A DNA stretch of 64,000 nucleotides, taken from assembly GCA_977018835.1 (NCBI GenBank), contig OZ361259.1:2356001-2420000 (forward strand), given 5' to 3'. Both the position numbers and the translations under genes were made by a program. This document shows, piece after piece, positions 58,701 to 64,000 of the stretch. A model generated the notes under the pieces. The model was not told the origin of the DNA, made no database searches, and worked only from the letters and a program-made list of their open reading frames with translations. Origin of the DNA: Minutocellus sp. GHC0000111. Its lineage: Eukaryota. Position 1 is the first letter of the stretch; every line of letters starts with the position of its first letter.

Positions 58701-59944
58701 CCGAAGAAGTACAGAAGGATGAGGAGGGTCCAAACCACCGCGCACGTCGTCATAAGGCGGAGGGACAGCTCGGCCCGATCGTACAGCTCGACCTCGTCGG
58801 CGTACCGTCCCCGTTCCATGGTGGACAGGACGCGGCGCTTCTGGTAAATGCGGACGTAGAGGGCACAGAACAGAACGCACGCCACGGTGAGCAGTACGAA
58901 CCACGATTCTCGGTTGGGCACGAAGGGAAAGAGCAGCCCGACCGCCGTGGAGATGCCCTGGGCCATGCCATGGTACAGTCCCACCTTCATCCCGTACCGA
59001 GGATGCGGCACGTCGACTCCCTCGGTGAGGAAGGTCATGACGGCCGCCACGGGGGTCCACTCCACCCACCGCAGCAGGTGGACCCGTCCCCCGGTGACGG
59101 GATCGATCAGCACGGGCGTCGGCACCGCCAGCATGATGGCGTTGGTCGCAACGGCGATGAACTGGATGGTGCAGGCCGCCACGATGATGCCTGAGAAGGC
59201 GTTGGCCCTCCGCCTCCATATCAGCGGCGCGATCCGACTGAGGTTGGACACGGCCAGAGCCGCCGTTGCCATGATGGTGCACATTCCTTCGATGGGATCG
59301 AGCTCTTCGTACGATCCTCTGGGTGCATACGTGAGGACGACGTACAGCAGCGACGTCCAGATGATGAGAGCGACTCCGGCCGCCATCCGGAAGGATCGGT
59401 CGGTCTCCGAGACGGACTCGTGATACGACCGCGGCAGGAGGTTGGGCGTCGTGAAGCCCAGGGCGGCGCTCTCCCCGACGTTGAGGGGGGTGTCGGATCG
59501 GATCAGGCCGCCATTGGTCTTCATCTTGCCAGTCGGCGTGGAAGGAGGCCAGTTGTGATTGCCAATGCCAGTACCACCGGCTTCGCTGAGAGAGCCAGTG
59601 CTGCCGTGGCCTCGCCGAAGCGACGATGCAGATGCGGCAGCGGCGGCAATGTCTCTGGCGCTCATGTGTCCCTGACTGCTCGCGGCGCCGACGGTGGAAT
59701 CGCCGTCGATGCTGCCGACGCCGAGGCTGCGGACCGACGCCCCCCCGGACGCCAGGCTGAGAGCGCGGGCGTGGCCGGAATTCGTGAAGCTGTTGGACCG
59801 GCTCTGCCGGGGCCTGGTGCGACTCGGGCTGGGATCCCCATCGGCGGTACCACTCGGCCTGCGAGTCCGCTGCGGCTGCGATTGCTCGTCGACGTCCATA
59901 TTGCCAATACCAATATTGGAAGAACCGAACTCCCTCGGCGGCAT
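55800..59944 (-). CDS. Rhodopsin-like 8-TM hybrid histidine kinase (rhodopsin-PAS-like-HisKA-HATPase-REC-Hpt-like); intron 57178-57281
   Basis: Helix C LLRWVEW, helix G ELMSKVLYL, H-box FTRHEVKNGL, N-box RNATSNACKYG, G-box SAGDG, receiver IDDS...VDEN...SAN...K, C-terminal LHVLKGD. The splice gives ARD-VMHGIY. Confidence 0.85.
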
Positions 59945-60571
59945 GTGACTGGACCCGACTTTTTTACCAATACCACGAAGCACTGCACTGCAAGTCGAGC
60001 ACCTTCTCGCGGCCTAGGTCTATGGTATCTCTACCTCCAGAATGGATCCGCACCAAACGAAACCAAGCCAGAGCAAAAGAAGGGAGACGGTCAGCAGTCA
60101 GCAGTCAGCAGCAGGAGAACCGCATGCGTTTGACTTCACAGCGAAATAAATATGTGCGCCAATTCTACGTGTAGGCGCGCGCTACTAAAATCAAGGGAGG
60201 ACCAGGTATTCATGTACAGTAGTGAAGAACACCAGACGATGCATACGCATGGCCGTGGCTCTGGCTGAAGGTGTGAGGCTTCGGGCAGTCGGGCAGGCAG
60301 ATGCCACTTTTCGGACGCTTGAAGCAAGGGAGAAAGATTGCGGGAGGTCCGCAGTCACCGCGCGTGTGAGTTTCTGAGGTTTCTCGCGAAACGCTAACGA
60401 GGCAGGCCAGTGTGTCAGACCTTGTAGGCCTACTAGGCCTAGGTACTGGTTTGCGCATCGTGCGATGCCTCCACGTGGCACATGCCAGGCTGCTCGGCCG
60501 TTTGCACCGCTGATGACAGCGACCGACCGACCACCACCTCCAGTGCTCCGCAGGGTGCTCTGCATACGCCT

Positions 60572-63203
60572 ATGCCTGCAATCACCATGACGACGACGCT
60601 CCTCCGCAGGGTATTCTCCCTCTCCACCCTGGCCACGTGCCTGGCGGTGCTGTACGTGGTCACGGCCGCGACGAACCTGTCCCGGCTCATGTATCCCCTC
60701 CAGGGCGTCGACCTGTCGGCGTACGCGCCGTCTCAGCTCATCAAGCCCCTTTGGTCTGCTACTGCCGGTGCTAGTGCTGGCAATGGCAACGGTCGTCCGC
60801 AGAGCACCGGGATGAAGGTATATCTGAGCACCAGACCACGCTTTGCCCTAGACTTCTTGAAGGCCGATGCCAACGCCAACGCCGCCCCGGCCGATGACGC
60901 GACCGACACCGTCCTGCTTTGGGAAGAACCGGATGCCACCGTATCGTCCCTGGCCCGGTCCTTCATCTTGAGTGGCGAATGCAACGCCAACGGCGACGGT
61001 GATGATTCCACCGAAGAGAATACCTGTGCATCGTCGTCCTCGTCCTCCTTTGACTTTGCCACCAAGTGGCTGGACGATGCCGAGGAGAAGCACGCGCTGG
61101 AGAGTGGCGATGCCGGGGTCATTACGGCGATGCACCATGCCGGGGAGGGAATCGAATCGACGAGCCTGATCCTAAGTCTCTACCATGCCGTGTCGGGTGG
61201 GATGGACAAAGTGATGTCGATGATCAGGGGAGGATCAGATGACGATACAAACACTGCTGCCGACGACTCGAAGAAGAAGTCGAAGTCTTCGGATCCCAAT
61301 GACACGGCCCGAACCATCGTTCCCATATCACCTCGGAGTCCCATCTGGAAGTCGATTCTATCCAATTCTACCGTGCATGTCCACGTGGTGCTGACCCGAC
61401 ACGCCGAAGACGATGCGGCCGCAGCAGTGCCTCCCACTGACCTGCAGGAGGCTGCCAAGAGACTTCGTCAGTCCTTCCAGACCAACAATGCCATCTTGGG
61501 ACATGTCAGCATGGTCAAGTACGATGCGCCGAATCACATTGGCAAGCCACGTCGGGTCCTGTATCACGATGTGTCCTACCTCTTTCGGCGTTACATTTTG
61601 CGTTCTGTTGGTGACGGCGAACCAAAACCATGGGATATCGCCGAGTCCCAACCTGAAGAGTACCAAGTGTACGAGGATGCCCAACAAATGAAGAAAGACG
61701 GGATCGGATATCCATTCTGGAAGCCAGAGGTCAGTGTCAAGCTGGTGAGCGAGGATCTTGCGTATCCCGACGAACTGGTCGGTCGATCGGGAATGGAGGT
61801 GGTACAACTGCAGCGACAGAGCGCCGAGCATCCCAGTGGGTATGCGTACCTACCCGGCCTGCGAGTTGATGAAATCGGCTTGACCAGCGAAAAGTACATC
61901 GCTCTGAACGAAACCGTGACGGCTCTGCCCTTGAGGATTAGCTTTGATCGAAACGATGTGCTATCTGACGAGGAATCATCAAAGGGAAGCGGCGGCGGCG
62001 TATCGCAGGGAGGTCTCAGCCCGGCACGGTGGCGCTTGCTTTCACATTTTTCGGAAGCCCTCGAGTCTCAGCGAGAGCTTGGCTTTGAGCAGTCCGATAT
62101 CGATGATCTGCGACGGCTCATAGCCGAGACCAATGTGACTCTCCTGGGAATTACAATGCTAGCGTCGACACTCCATTTGCTGTTTGAGTTCCTTACATTC
62201 AAGAGTGATATTGATTTTTGGAAAGGGAACAAGGAGTGAGTGATAGTTTCTTTATGATGCCTTCATTTTTTTGCATATTTCACCCAATGAATACATATTC
62301 ATGATTCTTACCATCTAATCTTCTATACCAAAATCTCTCACATTCAATTACAGCTTGACGGGACTCTCAGTGAGAGCTTTGTTCATGGACTTTATCAGCC
62401 AACTTATCATTCTGTTGTATCTCATCGAGATGGACAGCTCCTTGTTGATGACAATTCCAACTGCGTTTGGGGTCCTTATCGCATTATGGAAATGTCAAAG
62501 AGGGTCCGGTCTCAAATTTGTCAAGGTTGCAGGAACAGACAAAGTTGATGAGGTAGCATTTTACAATCGACTTTTCCGGTTGCTTGGGTATGAGCTCCAG
62601 GCGACGAGATTGAAGGTCGTTAGCATGAAGACTGATGATGACAAGAAGGGCAAGGCTTCAAATGGCGCAGGGAAAACATCCGACAAAGTGGATTTAGTCG
62701 CCTTGTCGATTGAAACAGATGCCTTGGCAACTCGGACGCTCGGCAAATATGTGCTTCTACCCATTGTCTTTGGTTACACCATCCACTCGTTGATTATGGA
62801 GCAACATCCTTCCTGGTACACTTGGTTTATAGTTTCAGCAAGTAGTGCCGTTTACGCTCTCGGATTCGTCATGATGACACCACAACTGTTCTTGAATTAC
62901 AAGCTGAAACGTGTTGCACATTTTCCGTGGCGGGTCCTTGGTTTCCGATTCATCAATACGTTCATTGACGATCTCTTTGCCTTCATCATTCGTATGCCCA
63001 CTATGGCAAGGATTAGCTGTTTCCGTGATGACATCGTTTTCATCATCTACCTATGGCAACGGTGGTTATATCCTGTGGACACCAGTCGGCCTGTTGAAGG
63101 TGGAGGTATCGATGCATTGTCTACGGCCGCTGCAACAGAAGCAATCGGTGACGACGATGCCAATACTACCGAAAATGACGCGAAGAAGAAGAAGAATCAA
63201 TAA
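60572..63203 (+). CDS. CLPTM1: CLPTM1-family membrane protein; intron 62236-62353
   Basis: DIDDLRRLIAETN, LHLLFEFLTFKSDIDFW, MMTPQLFLNYKLK, NTFIDDLFAFII.MP, RDDIVFIIYLWQRWLYPVD. Confidence 0.9.
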
Positions 63204-63262
63204 TAAATTAGCTACACGTAGTCTTTTAGTGGATCTACAATTCGTACGTCGCGATGCTGCAA

Positions 63263-64000
63263 CTAATTCACCATGCTACCAAGATTCTTGGCCAGTAGCC
63301 ATGCAATTATACTTTTGATCAATAAACCGGGAAGAAAAGGCAGGGCTCCGCGGCGCAACGCTTGAGTTATCGTCATGGAAGGATCCGATGAAACCACGAT
63401 AAGCCACAAAACGCCAAGAAGTAGCGTGCAGCTCTGGCCAACAGCAGCAGCCAGGATCGGATGAAGTAAATTTTCAATGCACAGTGCACCCGATGCAATT
63501 GCGCAAGGCACAAGGCCCATTACATAGCCAAACGAATGGATATTCGTTCTTGCATGAATATTGTATATGGCCCACAGCGAGGCGTAGAGTATTGCTCCCT
63601 GACATCCAATGCCAGGGCCCAATGCCATTCCACCAAAACAGGCCGCTAAAGTGTGAAGTGTGATTGGTACTTCTGAAACTGAAACTGGTAACCGCAGCCT
63701 TATTTCCCCTCCAATATGTATGATGGCCGATACAAAGACCAAGGGTGCAACATTTGTCTTCCGGCCATCAAATGGAAATTGTTGCCATAATAAAATTGCC
63801 AAGATGACCACTGCAACATTCATTCGGCGGACCAATATTTCCATACGCTTATTTCTTGCACAAAACTTGGCCAAGTTCAAATTACTGCCGTCTTGTGAAG
63901 CCAGTAGGCTTGCTAGCTCGATCCCATCTTGAAGAGCAATGTCTGCACCGCATTTGATCCGTCGGCTACCAAGATCAAATCTATCCTGGCACCATCGACC
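63263..64000 (-). CDS. BioY-like (biotin ECF S-component) domain at the C-terminus of a longer ORF running off the window
   Basis: VPITLHTLA...GPGIG, SFGYVMGL, GVLWL, GALPFLPG.LIK. Frame is open to 64000. Confidence 0.65.
   Translation of the reverse strand, partial: GRWCQDRFDLGSRRIKCGADIALQDGIELASLLASQDGSNLNLAKFCARNKRMEILVRRMNVAVVILAILLWQQFPFDGRKTNVAPLVFVSAIIHIGGEIRLRLPVSVSEVPITLHTLAACFGGMALGPGIGCQGAILYASLWAIYNIHARTNIHSFGYVMGLVPCAIASGALCIENLLHPILAAAVGQSCTLLLGVLWLIVVSSDPSMTITQALRRGALPFLPGLLIKSIIAWLLAKNLGSMVN

Overview
Eukaryotic, gene-dense genomic DNA with short GT-AG introns. Bipartite plastid-type leaders and gene content suggest a diatom or other photosynthetic stramenopile (inference). 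There is one 200-N gap. Intact genes include a DHX16/Prp2 helicase, ISWI, a selenocysteine thioredoxin reductase (GCUG end plus SECIS), a plastid DEAD-box helicase, Rpp30, DCP2, eIF3d, an F-box/Cys-rich protein and CLPTM1. The most notable intact gene is an 8-TM microbial-rhodopsin-like domain with the retinal-lysine motif fused to a hybrid histidine kinase (PAS-like, HisKA, HATPase, REC, Hpt-like). About a dozen neighbouring genes are visibly damaged by short tandem duplications, nonsense codons, deletions, a templated inversion, a MITE insertion and an apparent split with permuted halves, so the region looks like a decaying, rearranged haplotype. Mobile DNA comprises a disrupted Crypton-like tyrosine recombinase, a (TA)n-embedded 682-bp TIR element present twice (the second copy together with the ISWI 3' end), and a 639-bp Tc1/mariner-type MITE. 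All calls come from reading the sequence; no database searches were run.
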